Source of the DNA: Mizuhopecten yessoensis
Taxonomy: Eukaryota
Direction of reading: 5' to 3'
Length of the DNA stretch: 64,000 bases
NCBI RefSeq assembly: GCF_002113885.1
Contig: NW_018408750.1
Coordinates: 66,168 to 130,167 of the forward strand
Shown: positions 1 through 12,989 of the stretch, piece by piece
Layout of the letters: every line of letters begins with the position of its first letter
How positions within the stretch are numbered: the first letter of the stretch is position 1
The notes under the pieces: generated by a model
Databases searched by the model: none
The model's input: only the letters and a program-made list of their open reading frames with translations
What the model was told of the DNA's origin: nothing
Made by a program: the position numbers and the translations under genes

Positions 1-660
1 CTGATTCTGGTAGGGGTTTAGTGGGTGGTGTTTTGGGATAGATTGGTGGTGGGTTGATTGAGATGGATGGGTTACTACTGATTCTGGTTGGGGTTTAGTG
101 GGTGGTGTTTTGGGATAGATTGGTGGTGGGTTGATTGAGATGGATGGGTTATTACTGATTCTTGAAGGGGTTTAGTGGGTGGTGTTTTGGGATAGATTGG
201 TGGTGGGTTGATTGAGACGGATGGGTTATTACTGATTCTTGAAGGGGGTTAGTGGGTGGTGTTTTGGGATAGATTGGTGGGGGATTGATTGAGGTGGATG
301 GGTTACTGCTGATTCTGGTTGGGTTTTAGTGGGTTGTGTTTTGGGATAGATTAGGGGTGGGTTGATTGAGATGGATGGGTTACTGCTGATTCTGGTTGGG
401 TTTTAGTGGGTTGTGTTTTGGGATAGATTAGGGGTGGGTTGATTGAGATGGATGGGTTACTACTGATTCTGGTTGGGGTTTAGTGGGTGGTGTTTTGGGA
501 TAGATTGGTGGTGGATTGATTGAGGTGGATGGGTTACTGCTGATTCTGGTTGGGGTTTAGTGGGTTGTGTTTTGGGATAGATTAGTGGTGGGTTGATTGA
601 GATGGATGGGTTACTACTGATTCTGGTAGGGGTTTAGTGGGTGGTTGGTGGTTGAGTGGG
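1..660. repeat. G/T-rich 77-bp tandem repeat (~8.5 copies, degenerate to ~840; truncated by window start)
   Basis: CTGATTC unit starts at 1, 78, 155 and onward; period 77 is not a multiple of 3. Confidence 0.9.
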
Positions 661-845
661 ATTGGTTGCGAATTATTCTGGTGGGGGTTTGTGGGTGATG
701 GTTTGGGGTAGACTGATGGTGTAGTTTAGTAAGTTAGGTCGCAACATATTCTGCTAGGGATTTGTGGATGGTGGTGATGTTCGTAGATGGGTTGCGAGTG
801 AAGCTGATGGGGGTTTGTAGGTGGTGGTGGTGTGTGTTTGTGTTT

Positions 846-870
846 GGGGGGGGGGGGGGGGGGGGGGGGN
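846..870. other. Poly-G run ending in N; probable contig junction
   Basis: G homopolymer followed by a single n and an abrupt change in composition. Confidence 0.7.
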
Positions 871-1363
871 TTTTACACCTTTACACTAGAGGAACATTCT
901 TTATATATTAATTAATCACATTATCTGGTTCTGCATGATAAAACACAAATATTCAATTTTGCTTACATGAGCATTTGTTTGTTTTAAGATTTGACTTTTT
1001 AAGTGATAGGGACAGTTCATATAGTATGCATCTAGTTTACATGTACGTTGTATGTGAAGGGAGGCAACCCGTGTAAGAATGACCAATGTTGTGTTTGACA
1101 GGTTCATCTGATAACGCTTCGATACCATATCCACTACAATATATTCCACTTAGTTTAGTTTTTGACTTTTTATCTACATTAATAAATTGTAATAAACAAT
1201 TGAGATAAAGAGTTTTAAAGCCAGTCTTTGGACCTTTAGTACCACTGATTAGTCTTAAATGGACAAATAATGACCACGTGGGGTTGTGTTTGCTTTGATT
1301 GGTTTATCGGATCAACTTGCTTTTTTTGAACAGACGGTTCCATACTACAGTAAGACTAACATC

Positions 1364-1505
1364 AAGGGAGATAACTGTGACACTTAATAAGGCATGAAGG
1401 GAGATAACTATGACATTTAATAATATATGAAGGGAGATAACTGTGACACTTAATAAGGCATGAAGGGAGATAACTGTAACACTTAATAAGACACGAAGGG
1501 AGATG
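1364..1505. repeat. 33-bp minisatellite, ~4 copies
   Basis: GAAGGGAGATAACTGTGACACTTAATAAGGCAT repeated; explains ORF 1304..1606. Confidence 0.85.
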
Positions 1506-1602
1506 AGTACGCGGACCAGATATTGATCAAATTGACAACGACAAAGAAATGAACGACGCAATGAGTTTATTGGTATATGAATGTGTTTATATGGTTTTCG
1601 CC

Positions 1603-1636
1603 TCATTTACCAACAATAGGCTGAGACACGTTGCTC
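1603..1636 (-). CDS. CTL-1 exon 5 (C-terminal tail SNVSQPIVGK*)
   Basis: tctttttcag acceptor, phase 2 match, similar to paralog tails, downstream AATAAA. Confidence 0.8.
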
Positions 1637-4600
1637 CTGAAAAAGAATGTTCAGAAAAAATAAGGAACATATAGTTGAATTTGTAATTTTGTAAAATTGG
1701 TGTTATTGACTCAGTGACTTTTTTAACGTATTTACATAATAAGTATCTATAAGGATGCTGTTTTTGTGGTAATTATCTATACAAATGTATTTGTTCTTCT
1801 GCTTTTGGTATGTTTTTACAACGACTTTAAGTGCCTGCAGGTAGGGCGTACGAATTGTACCTGCTGCCCCCATTGCCTGATCGTAAGAGGCTACTAAATA
1901 TGGGAATTTATCTTTTCTCTTCTTTCTAAACAACTTTCTTCTTCCTAATGTCTGCTTTGACAATGCCTTCAGTTGAGCGTTCGCCCCTGTCCCCTAGCCG
2001 AGACATACCAGAGTCTGTCAACATGGTAGTTTCTACTCGTGCTTAACGCTCAGCAATTTAGGAGTGGGACGACTGGTTCGCCCGTTGTCAGTATAATGTG
2101 ACCGGGTGTGATGTCCTGCTGGGTGCCTTCGGCAGTGTGTTTAAGTGTGCATGTGGTAGTGCTATAAAGTCGGCATCAGTTCCGCGCTATCACAAGGAGA
2201 CAAACATGAACATATCGCAGCCTCCCAAAACACACACGAATACACTACACGCATGGATCTAGCACACAGGGGAGGCTGTCCTTAAATGACCATAAAAAAC
2301 AAACTAAACCAAACCAAACCAAACAACGACTTTAAACCATTGTTATGTTTATGTGAGTAAGTTATTTATTGTCCATGTCACAGTCAGTATTGAACCTTTA
2401 GGATCTAGTGGGGTATCTTAGCATCAATACATAACAGTAGAATTCGTTTTTGTTTTGTCCTCAGTTTTCAGTATTAACGGTCACCTTCAAAAATATTTTA
2501 ATCTTACGCAATTTAGGCCGCAAAATATGATGGCATATTACATTGATTTGCTTCATATTCGACACTTTTTTGATATAAGTGATATTAGATTAAACTCACA
2601 TAAGCAATTACAGGACATTTAAGTAATAATAGCACGAACAAATTTAAAGCCAGTTTGTTGATGCGATTTGAAATTAAATTATTCTCAATAACTCACATTT
2701 TTTCACATATAAAGTAATGACCGGCGCTGCATCTTTCGTCTTGCCAGACAAGATCATCTCCGTCCCAGTTTAGCATGAGACAGTTTTTGGACCAGTTTCC
2801 ATTCGGGAAGCCCGTATCCCACTTAGTAAAGGGCCCAGCATACTGACCAGTCTCTGCCCATCGGTACTGGCCTTCGAAGATGAAGTCGGTTCCACCAATG
2901 AAAAACGGGAAAATGTTGATGGCTGAGAATATAAATAGATAAAGGTTAAATTATTAGTCTTATTTATTCGACAATTGTATAAAAAAAACCACCCACTTAT
3001 AATCAGTTCTTAAAATAAGACTTCTCAAAGAGTTCAAAACCTCGGCAAATGTCCTCTATATCCTACACCATTATGCACGTGTGATATAGTCGTATAGTCT
3101 TACATAGCTGAAAGAGACTATATTCTATTGGTGAGTCCTCAATGTTGATTTACACTTGTGCTCGTTTATTTATTTTCGTCAATTTATGAAAGCTGTTGGC
3201 TAATGTTCTAATTAGTTATTTTTTTCTGTCAAAATACGAAACCAATATATGTTTTTTTCAAAAATGAATAACGCGACAAAATAGACCCCAAAAAATCATT
3301 TAACTTTGATCGTTCAAGCCTATAAATTCATTAGAAAAAGAAAATTTAGATAACTAGTTTTATTGTACAGAGTCGTGTGGTATTTGATTCTATTTAACGT
3401 TTCTCTAGTTTGACGACTGTTTCTTGTGCAAAACAATTTCTTACTTTTTGAGATTTCCGATAGAACTGTAATATAGATGTTAAGAAAAAATACTTTCCTT
3501 AACCCCAGGAATGCTTTCTAATGAGAAACCTAAAGTTAACGAATTATCTGAAATTCATTAACTTGGGCCTGGGTGAAACGTTGTGTCCCAAAACGGTCCG
3601 TGTATTTCCTATTTTCCTAATAATTTGATAATATTACAGATTAGACGTAATAGGCTGAGGTAATCGTACGTATTTTATCCTCACTGGATAAAAAGTGTAA
3701 CTCAGCCAAACTATTCACTTACTTTTCAGGACATTGGCGATGATATAGAGGAAGTCGTGTTTATCCTGGGTGTCATCAGACGCCAGCCACCCATGTAGCT
3801 TCTTGCACTCTATCTGCAAACAAACGGACACCCATTTCAAGCTTTCAAAGAAGAAATCAGACAATCTGCACAAAATGGGAGCGGCAACATCTGTAGGTGT
3901 GTCGGTGGCATTAACAGATGGCTGGAAGTCTATTATGAATGGTCAATTGATCAACACACATGCATTTATGAAATTGCGTCTGCAAATGGAACAGTAACAA
4001 TTTCACGTATTTCATAAATAATTTTATGACCTCAAATTCTTAATACAATGTACATTAGTTTAGTTTAAACGTATTTTATTGCAATATTATTACAAACGCA
4101 TTGAACAAAAGTTATTGCAACTTGAAAACGTTGTGTATTACTGTTTGCAAAGGCATTGCGGTTTGAGCGTATCCTGCTTGAAAAATCCCCAAGGAAAATA
4201 ATCTTAGTACGAGAAAAGAAGCGGGACTGTTTTATTTTTTTATTGAACACGAGCAAACATATCCCTTTTTATGTAACGGCAGATAGACAAAAAAATCCTC
4301 CCTCGGTTCTTTTAATTTCTTTATAAGCGTTACAAATAGAATATGTGTAATACAAGTGTAAACTCAAAAAAGTTGAGATTCATAAATTGTCATACATAAG
4401 GCTTGTTGAAGATTTTTCTACCCCGAGAGCTGAGATTCATAAATGATCGTATCGAAGGCTTGTACAAGATCGATCTACCCCAAGGGTTGATATTCATGAA
4501 TTGTCATACCCAAGGCTTGCAGGATCTTTAATTGATCCAAATGCTGAGATTTATAAAATGTTTTACCTAAGGTTTACAGATGTGTTTATTTATTCCATGG

Positions 4601-5624
4601 GTTGAAATAATACATTTTTATACCTAAGGCTGGCAGCTGTGTTTATTTATCTATTTATTTTATTTATTTATTAAGGGTTGAGATTATAAATTATCAAACC
4701 TAAAGTTCGTCGAAAAATATGTAATTTAAAAATCTTACTTCTAGGGTCGAGATTATTCCATTTCACGCATTTGTTTTTAAACATTTCAGAGGTAAATTTA
4801 CATAACAAACCTCGGCTGAATTCCAGTTGGTCCTCTGCGCATTGACATGGATGCAATTTTCCTTGAATTCCACCCATCCGTGTTCACATTCAGCGTGTAC
4901 CAAGGAGACCGCTAGTAAAACAATACGTTTGGTAAGTAACGTTGTCAATTCCTTGAAGGAACTACTTTTTGTTTGTAAAAGTTCATCTTAGATAAAGAAC
5001 AAAAATACACAAAACGGAGACGTCACATAGAAATGGACAAACATAAATATTAACCATAAAGAACGAGAAACGGAACTCATTGTCGACACTGAAAGAATAG
5101 AAATAGAATAGATACACCAAAACAAAAGGAAAAGACATGGAATCGATAAACATGACACCAGGTGGTAAGTTAAGCAAGTGTCATCGTCATGCTGTCTCCC
5201 AAAAATCCCTAGGAGAGTTCATGTCTGTCACCAACGATCGATAAAACAGGTAATTTACCGAAATATTCATAACATCACTTCATTCCGAAAATACTGATTA
5301 TTTAAAATCTTCACTCTTGTGATGTAATAATATGGTTAAAGAAAGGTCAATAAATTAAGTTGAAGTAAATACACGTAAGGCTTAACACAAAACAACCTTC
5401 TAGTCAAAAATGTACTAAGTACTAATTAGACTCTGGCCCCGGGATCGTAAACTTCGTCCATATATATCTGGCATATATAGATTAAAACTACTTTCGTTAT
5501 CATTTTTTTGTATATATTTCCATTAAAGTTATCTATTCTATCCGTTCAGACTAAGTCTGTCTAAAGATAGTACAGTATACTTACCGACAATAACACAAAG
5601 TATAACACATTCTTTTATATACAT
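1603..5624 (-). CDS. CTL-1: secreted perlucin-like C-type lectin, 5 exons, 163 aa, FPN/WQD motifs
   Basis: Exons 5624-5585, 4911-4811, 3813-3723, 2922-2697, 1636-1603; all GT-AG and frame-consistent (492 nt). Protein MYIKECVILCVIVAVSLVHAECEHGWVEFKENC...FFIGGTD...WDTGFPNGNWSKNC...WQDERC...FICEKMSNVSQPIVGK*. AATAAA at 1566-1571. Confidence 0.9.
1831..2322 (+). mobile_element. SINE-like retroposon (possibly composite) in CTL-1 intron 4
   Basis: 13-bp direct repeat ACAACGACTTTAA at 1818-1830 and 2323-2335; (CAAAC)n 3' tail; core TGCTTAACGCTCAGCA...GTCAGTATAATGTGACCGGGTG resembles bivalve Meta/Deu-type SINE cores (from memory). Confidence 0.75.
2697..2922 (-). CDS. CTL-1 exon 4 (CTLD core)
   Basis: FFIGGTDFIFEGQYRW...FPNGNWSKNC...WQDERC...FICEK; ttctcag and gtgagt boundaries. 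Confidence 0.95.
3723..3813 (-). CDS. CTL-1 exon 3
   Basis: IECKKLHGWLASDDTQDKHDFL...; 91 nt as in paralogs. Confidence 0.93.
4370..4710. repeat. Degenerate ~57-bp tandem repeat in CTL-1 intron 2
   Basis: Recurrent GTTGAGATTCATAAATTGTCATAC..AAGGCTTG units. Confidence 0.65.
4811..4911 (-). CDS. CTL-1 exon 2
   Basis: CEHGWVEFKENC...WNSAE; 101 nt as in all paralogs. Confidence 0.93.
5585..5624 (-). CDS. CTL-1 exon 1 (signal peptide)
   Basis: aaagATG...MYIKECVILCVIV followed by phase-1 gtaagt donor. Confidence 0.85.
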
Positions 5625-7665
5625 CTTTGCTATATTGTCGTGGCGGGTCTAGTTAGAAGACCTTGATGTCTCTACTATAGGGCACTATCAAACAGACCTA
5701 GATACACCGTTTAGAGCCGACCTCGATAGATAAAACTCTGTTCTTGTTATCAAACCATTTCTTGTGTTCCATTTACATAACAATCCTGTTCAGAACCTTA
5801 TAGATCTCGACATAGGTGACCCCTATTACCAACCATGTAAACCAGGACCCGTATTACTGAAATCGTTCTCATGATCGATCGTGGATTCGGTGCTCTACTA
5901 ACTTTCTTGTAACTTGCCTTTAACATTTGCAACGGTTAAAACTCAAGTATAGATATTACAACTGGTATTCAGCTTCACGCTTTGCAAAATCTTTTCAAAT
6001 CATCGACAAATGTGATTATGGCAGATTTTACAATATTCTTAAAATGAATCTACTATCAACCACCAAATTTTAGAACTCATTTTCTTTCATCAAAACAGAT
6101 TTTGTTTTGAAGTAGCAGTTCTTTGCAATATTTTATATCGTTATTCCTATACATACAATTCTCTTACCACATTTTCTTAAATCATTACCATGACAAGTCG
6201 GCACACACTATTTCAGTTTTTTCTTGACATACTTTCATTTGCTTGTTTTTAACATTCACACGTTCTTAAAACTCTTATTATGGGGTATATATGATAAACC
6301 TAGGTATAATTGGAGCAAAAAATATATCGAAAGTAAAGCATTTTTTTAATCTGCAGTACCTTATATTGTAAAGGACAGAATTTTTATCAAATAAAATATT
6401 TTAAGTTTCTGGTAACAAAATCACTTATATGCAATATGCTAGAACTCATTACATGTTTGCAAAATTAAGAATGGAACATAAGTGAACAACATTGTTAAAA
6501 TAAAACGAAACAAAAATGTCTTAAATTTTGATATTCGAAGTTATGTTGCCAACGTTACATTAGACAGATTATAGCACGACATCAGGACAGAATTATGTTA
6601 GCAACGTTAGGATTGATTACAAATGAATCCCATCAAACCTGTTGACTAATAGTCATAATGTTTGCAGAAGCTAACAAATAGTTAAATTTCAATCTAGTGC
6701 TATTTTTGAGTCAATACAACAAATCATTTTAGCACAGTGCTATGTTAGCAAAATGTGAACAGAACAGCATACACAAATTACATGTTCATCCTAGAAAAGA
6801 CTATTTGTATTTCATTAAAGCTAGGTATCATATATCATGATCTTAATCCAAGTAATGCTTTGTTGAATCTTTACATGTATATGTATTTAACAGATAATAT
6901 TGGAGATTTGAAATAGAATAGTATCCCCTTTGACTGTGTGATGCTACACTTGATGCACAAATTAGCTCTAGGTGATCATGATATTTCATCAAATGAACAA
7001 ATGGCCCTAGATTATACTTTCGCAGCTAAATTAACCATAATCATTTCTCATGACCCTAGCTAATAGGAAACTGATCCTACCTTTTAATTCCAAGATTAAC
7101 AATAGTAGTTATTTTGTAAGTTGTAAATATCTACTACAAATAAACTGTTGTTTATTATATACATAAGTTAAATTCCTCTGAAATAGCAGTTTTCACACTA
7201 GCAACACAATTTATATCTACTAATTAATAGCATAAGAAACATATTCTGTCCTAGTTGTAGTGTTTGAGCGTAATATCTGTCCATATTAGTAACATTAGCA
7301 ACAAATTGCACATAACAGACATCAAGAGTGATAAATAGGTATTGTATTATTTTGACTAACATTTAAATAATTCTTTCGTTTGTTTCAGAAATAAAGAAAA
7401 TTAACGGAGAATAAAAGAGAAATAAAATGTTCCAAACATTCCTTGTTGCTTTCATTACTAAAAGGACAGAAAGTAAATGAATATCAAATAATTTATTAAA
7501 GAAACAAACACTTTTTGTTTTGCTACCATTTGGTCCATATTGACCCTCTATATCAGCTGTGCTTACAGATGCTTACTGCAGGCAGTTTGTATATAATTAA
7601 CACACGGCAACATTTGGTGACATCAAACAGGACAGACGTTTCCAATGTTATGATAGCAACATTTT

Positions 7666-7859
7666 CCAATTCCTTCTTTTCGTAATGCAGAGTTATCTGC
7701 TCTTGTGAGCAGGTATTGATTGTTACGTCATTAGTTTGTGTGAGAAAATTACGTCGTTTTCTCAAAAATTCATGACGTTACTCTCATAAACTAATGACGT
7801 AACAGTCAATACCTGCTCACAAGAGCAGATAACTCTGCAATACGAAAAGACGGAATTGG
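7666..7859. mobile_element. Palindromic MITE / fold-back element
   Basis: ~80-bp inverted arms (GCAGAGTTATCTGCTCTTGTGAGCAGGTATTGA... / ...TCAATACCTGCTCACAAGAGCAGATAACTCTGC). Confidence 0.8.
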
Positions 7860-10800
7860 TACATCTAAATATGACCATAGTTGTAAGGTGTAACAAATGT
7901 ACTTCTGATCACAGGGTGAGCTGTTTGATAGCAAATATGACAGAATGACATGTAAATACTTGATTATTGTGATCATGATTTTGCAAACATGAATTTTCAA
8001 AGAAGGACAGAAAGATGTCATGTTAGCAACATAATTTAAAATCATGTTTTCTTTTTGTATTGAACTAGATTTTTTAACATATAAAAGTGTTAACTGAAAG
8101 GTGAGTAGTCCCCAATATCAATAACATTCACAATGATTGTAGAAAGTGATGATTTCAAGTTTCAACATTAACTTGAAAATGCAATAATGGATGCACAGTA
8201 GATTCCTGAACCAGAAAATATCCTATCCGAGAATAAAAAAAACTCTAAAGCAGCAAAACTATAAAATGATATTGTTTATATTTTTACTTTAATTTATTCA
8301 CCATTAGAAGCAGATCTAATAAAATGATATGATATTTTGCTATGTTCTTGTGCAATTGAATTAAAACAGTTTACTTCCATAAGACAGAAAATGCTGAGTT
8401 ATTGTGAAATCCGCCATATATATAAATTTAATCAAAGGAACAAGAAAGGCTCGAGCACATAATCTGAGCTTGAGCTTAAAATCGGTTTCATGAATACAGG
8501 CCCAAGTCTTTAGTTTGAATCATACGTACCGGGTCCCTATTATTGTCGAGCTGGCATACTCTATTGACGAACACATACCTTATACAATTAAATATCAATA
8601 GAGCATGCACATCTATAGAACACGTACCACGTACCGGTTAGAGACAATGCAAGTCTCTTAAAGAGTACCACATAGTACACACAACAGTAATTTGAGCTTA
8701 AAAGCAATACAACTAGAACGAAATATAAACAATTAAAACAGTTACATGAAGATGATTGGAACATTACAAGGCGAGTATGACCAGGTGTTCCTGAAGGGAA
8801 AGCGTCTTTTGCTTCATCGTAAATCTAGGTAAATTATTTGTAATGTCACATCCTTAATGTGAGAACTGTAGTAGCAGCAACGAAACAACAAGGCACAAGT
8901 TATGAGCGTAAGCAAAAACATCGACTTTATATAACACAATGAACAAGGCAAGGCAATCCATAATAGCCCCCAGTGGCAATGGTTTCTTTAGCCGTATCTC
9001 CCAGGATCAACCTGCTTAAAGGAAGTATCTTGATCCAGAATGATCACTAAAAAAGGAAATTCGAAAACATTCACACAATAAATAATTAACTTGGTAAATT
9101 CTAGTAATTTATATTTCTACCTTTTAAGAAAGATGGCAAACTATTCGTTAGTGAAAGCCTGACTGACATCATCTTACATGAAACATTAATAAATGAATAC
9201 GATAGACATACTATTTTAATACAACTACATGATTGGCCAATATCTGATTTTAAGAAGGTTTCGATATGGTACGCTATCAACATTTTTCATTAGCTGTAGA
9301 AAGATTCATCAACCGGAAGTACGTTTGGTATTAGCATTGGACAGAACATTATATTAGTGGGCGGTTTACAACACACAGAATCCCAGTTGTTTGCTGATAG
9401 GAATGACAATGTTTTATTTTAGAAATATCTTCATTCAACATACAACAGTATATTATATGCATCACAAATACGATGGTCTTTATCAAAATGTATTTAGGTT
9501 TTGTTCATTCATAATACCTTACAATGTCTGTATTCCCATTTTCACGTTTAAGAGATAAATTATTTACTGTGTTGTTAAGAATGTATACTATTTGCACATG
9601 TATCAACAAAGTGAAGCGACTGACAAAATGAACAATGATTATAAAAAATAAATACAAAACTCTCCTCAATTTTTAGAGGTTTCCTGTTTGTTTCTCTGGT
9701 TTTGCCAGATTTGATATTGAGTGTCTAAATATTCGCCTTCTACATACGAGAATCCAAAATATCTAACAAGCGAGCTAGGTTTGTTTTTCTATTTCTTCAT
9801 TTAATATCCTAATAGTTTCCCCCCCCCCCTTGCCTGTTTGCATTTATCTGTTATATTTTCATTTATGTCTGATATTTCAACGTTAGTCATCATATCTGTC
9901 AACATTTAAGTATCCTCTACAAAGGATGACCTTTTTTTGGCCCTGGTATTTTCGGATTGTCTCCTCTTTAGTTTGTCATAAGACATTGAGATGTTATATT
10001 GTATTATATGCGCAAAAACTAAAGCAAAAGTTTGCCCGAAAGTGAGTTTTTTGGGTACCAAAAGGGCTAGGGTAAATCACAAATATAATTTGCTGCTAAA
10101 ACAACTAAAATAATACCATTTCTGATTTTGAAAATATGTATAAATGAAAAAGGTATATATAAAAGAATAAAAAAGTTGCAGAAATTCAATCAAAGATTGT
10201 TATATAAAACGGATGATTAAATCAAGAGGGTCTTTTAGGTCATTTTCAAATGGAAAGTGTTTTGTTTTCTCAACAATTTCCATTCTAACTGATATTTTAG
10301 GTTGACATTTACATTTTTATTCGTTTGAGTAAATTTACACAAAATACATATTTACTACACACTTTCCTTTTTTAAACCGAGGTATGGCTTTTGGACACAT
10401 CTCTTACTTGGAAAATTTCCAATACCTCTATATCTTAAGTGAATTAAAAGGTGCAGGACACCATTTATATGCTATAAGTATAAGATATTAATATTGTATA
10501 TTATTTATATCACATAATATATGCTCAGCACCTGTGGTTGAGTGAGTTCCAGGTCCTTATTTGATTTCTTACAATTAAAAATATGGCATTTGCCACCACA
10601 GTTACAATTAAATGATTAATTTAATGTATGAAGTGTGATTTGCTGGCAGTTTTAGGTATCCTACCCTCAATTGTTAAAGTTTACCCATTCAATGTTTTTC
10701 GTCATTTGTTTTGCCTATTTCCAATATTTAAGCGCTGATTGTACAAAAAGGGCATTGATATTAGTTATATGATGATATTTAAATTTAAAAACTTAAAAAA

Positions 10801-11049
10801 CATCTTTTCTTGTGTTTTGAAATAAAAGGACTAAGTGCATCTCTTTTCTCATCACCAGATATTAAAGTTGCATTAATGACAAAAAAATGGTTGTAAAAGA
10901 TAACCAGTCATATAGATGATTCATACTTCTATCTAGGTTACATTCATTTATTATCTATCCTTGTAACTCAGAGAAAGGCAATTTAAATGTAGATGTGTAG
11001 GTCTTCCAAGATACTCAACTGCCGCTATCAGACTCATCTCTAGTGTCGA

Positions 11050-12260
11050 TTACAGCAGCATTAGTAACACTTTCAAAGTAGGGTACAGATGGCATGGCAG
11101 TAATGGGCTAGTTCACGGAAGTGTCGATAGTAGCCAAGAAACCATAGGACAGTAGGACAGATGTCCTGGGCACAACAGCCAACAACCTGAGCACCCGCTT
11201 TACGCACTGCATGTACAAACGACAAGTATGCTTCGTACATGACACAACTGAACTCATTTATTGGCATCAAACCAATACTGAACTCCACCAAAACATTATA
11301 TCTGTGTAAGGAGGTGTGACGAGATGGTATCTTAAGCTTTATAAATCCAGGCTCTGTACAACATCAGCTCATACCGACCATGCTCGGACAGGTGTTCAGT
11401 AGTGGGGGTTTTGATCTACTTTATTTGGTACAATCCCATAGTGAGGTCTAGCAGTTCCTCCTCTGACAGCTATGGGAATTCAGGGACATCAGTGCCATCA
11501 AAGGATTTCCAGAGCACTCTTTCTTGACCCAACCACTGAGTTCAATTTTGGGTTTTAGCGAGTTTGGGTATTTGACAACGATATCATTATCTTAGGAGTG
11601 ATGTCATCGGTGGGGTAATGAAGTTGCCAGTGGTAGCCGGAAAATATTTCATTATTCCCATACGATCCCAATTTAGTCTCCTCGAAGTAATATGGCTGTT
11701 TGGCATGGTGTTTGCAAGTGCCCTCCACTTTTTTATTCGGCCATTTACTAACTCGATCACCCTACTGACATTTGTAACAAGGTGAAACTCATTTGCCTCT
11801 TCTGCACTGTGTTGCGTCTGCCCTTTGCTGAGGAAGTAAGGATTTTGGAAATTATACCAAAGTCTTCTAACATATCAGTAACGTCACGAAAACCACGGTC
11901 AACAATCAATATAACATTGTCATATAACCAAGTTTGGATACCTTCAGCATTGGTCAGAACCATGTGCTTGGCAAATTTTGGCGTCATTATGTTGACCATT
12001 AGCAGGGAAGGATCCGAAGACAGAATGTAGCCATCAGTTGGTACAATGTACTAAAATCAATGGTTTCACATAAGGTCTACCTTTGTGCATACTATATGAA
12101 CGTCGTTTCAATATAGATAAATGGACCATTTGTATACCGACGGACAAATGTTGTTGTGTGGTCTTTGATTACAGTATCGCGTCCTAGGTGATCGCGACTG
12201 AGATACTTTGGAACAACGTTTTCCAATAAATCGTCTCTAGCAGATTGAATAACTTAACCA
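11050..12260 (-). pseudogene. Decayed ISL2EU/Harbinger-like DDE transposase with C-terminal SWIM-like motif
   Basis: ILIVDRGFRD (DDE_Tnp_4-type) in ORF 11757..11999 and KAGAQVVGCCA..VLWFLGYYRH in ORF 11073..11291; broken by stops and frameshifts. Confidence 0.7.
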
Positions 12261-12949
12261 ACAAGCGAGACCTGTTAAAAAAATCATAGGGAAGATAAAC
12301 ATTGCGTACGTTTAATTGGATATTGTGGAAGGTCAGGGAATATACATGTATAATACATAAGAGACAGCTTTGAGTGTTGGTTCGACGTTTTCCTTGTCAG
12401 ATGGTACGGTGAAATTAAACAGAGTTAATAACAAATGTTTATCTGTTCGATAGGCCCAAAACGATTTCCTTCATCCAGGAAAGGAAAATCGGCTGATTTT
12501 CCTACCGTTCATACCTTTCCTTTTTATTTGAAATATATTGGTTGAGTACTTTATACACTTAACACGTTAACAGTAGTTTGTCTAACTTTTTCTATTCATT
12601 GCATTTGAATGGCATACGGTGTGAACTTAAGAAAACATATTTATGAAGACCTTCTATAGCGTTAAAGTAGACCTGCCTTCTGTTCTTTCTCAGCGTTGAT
12701 TGGGACCTCGCAGGTAGTTACCCCTGGTAAGCTGTACAGCGCAAGGCGTAACGTAGGTAAACAATAAACAAGATGGTAGAATAGATATAATCAGGGTAAA
12801 ACAAAGTTCGAAATTATTTCTTATCTGACTCCAGGGTTAACTTAATTTTACTGTATTTTAATAAAAACAATCAAAATCATAATAGATTTTAAGTTTTCGA
12901 ATTTATTCATACTTTATGCACTACACTTAAACTGGTCCCTATCACTTCC

Positions 12950-12989
12950 TCACCGACGTCCAACAACCATCGATCCTCCATTGCTGACT
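12950..12989 (-). CDS. CTL-2 exon 5 (VSNGGSMVVGRR*)
   Basis: ttgcag acceptor, phase 2, paralog-like tail, AATAAA ~45 nt after the stop. Confidence 0.78.

Noticed and set aside
2345-2485. Alternative CTL-1 last exon at a gaag acceptor
   Set aside because: Weak acceptor; exon 1603-1636 has a better acceptor and the paralog-conserved tail.
2693-2697. In-frame stop at the exon 4 donor in CTL-1 and CTL-2 as a designed isoform switch
   Set aside because: Any phase-2 GTRAG donor automatically gives an in-frame TAA or TGA, so it is not informative alone.
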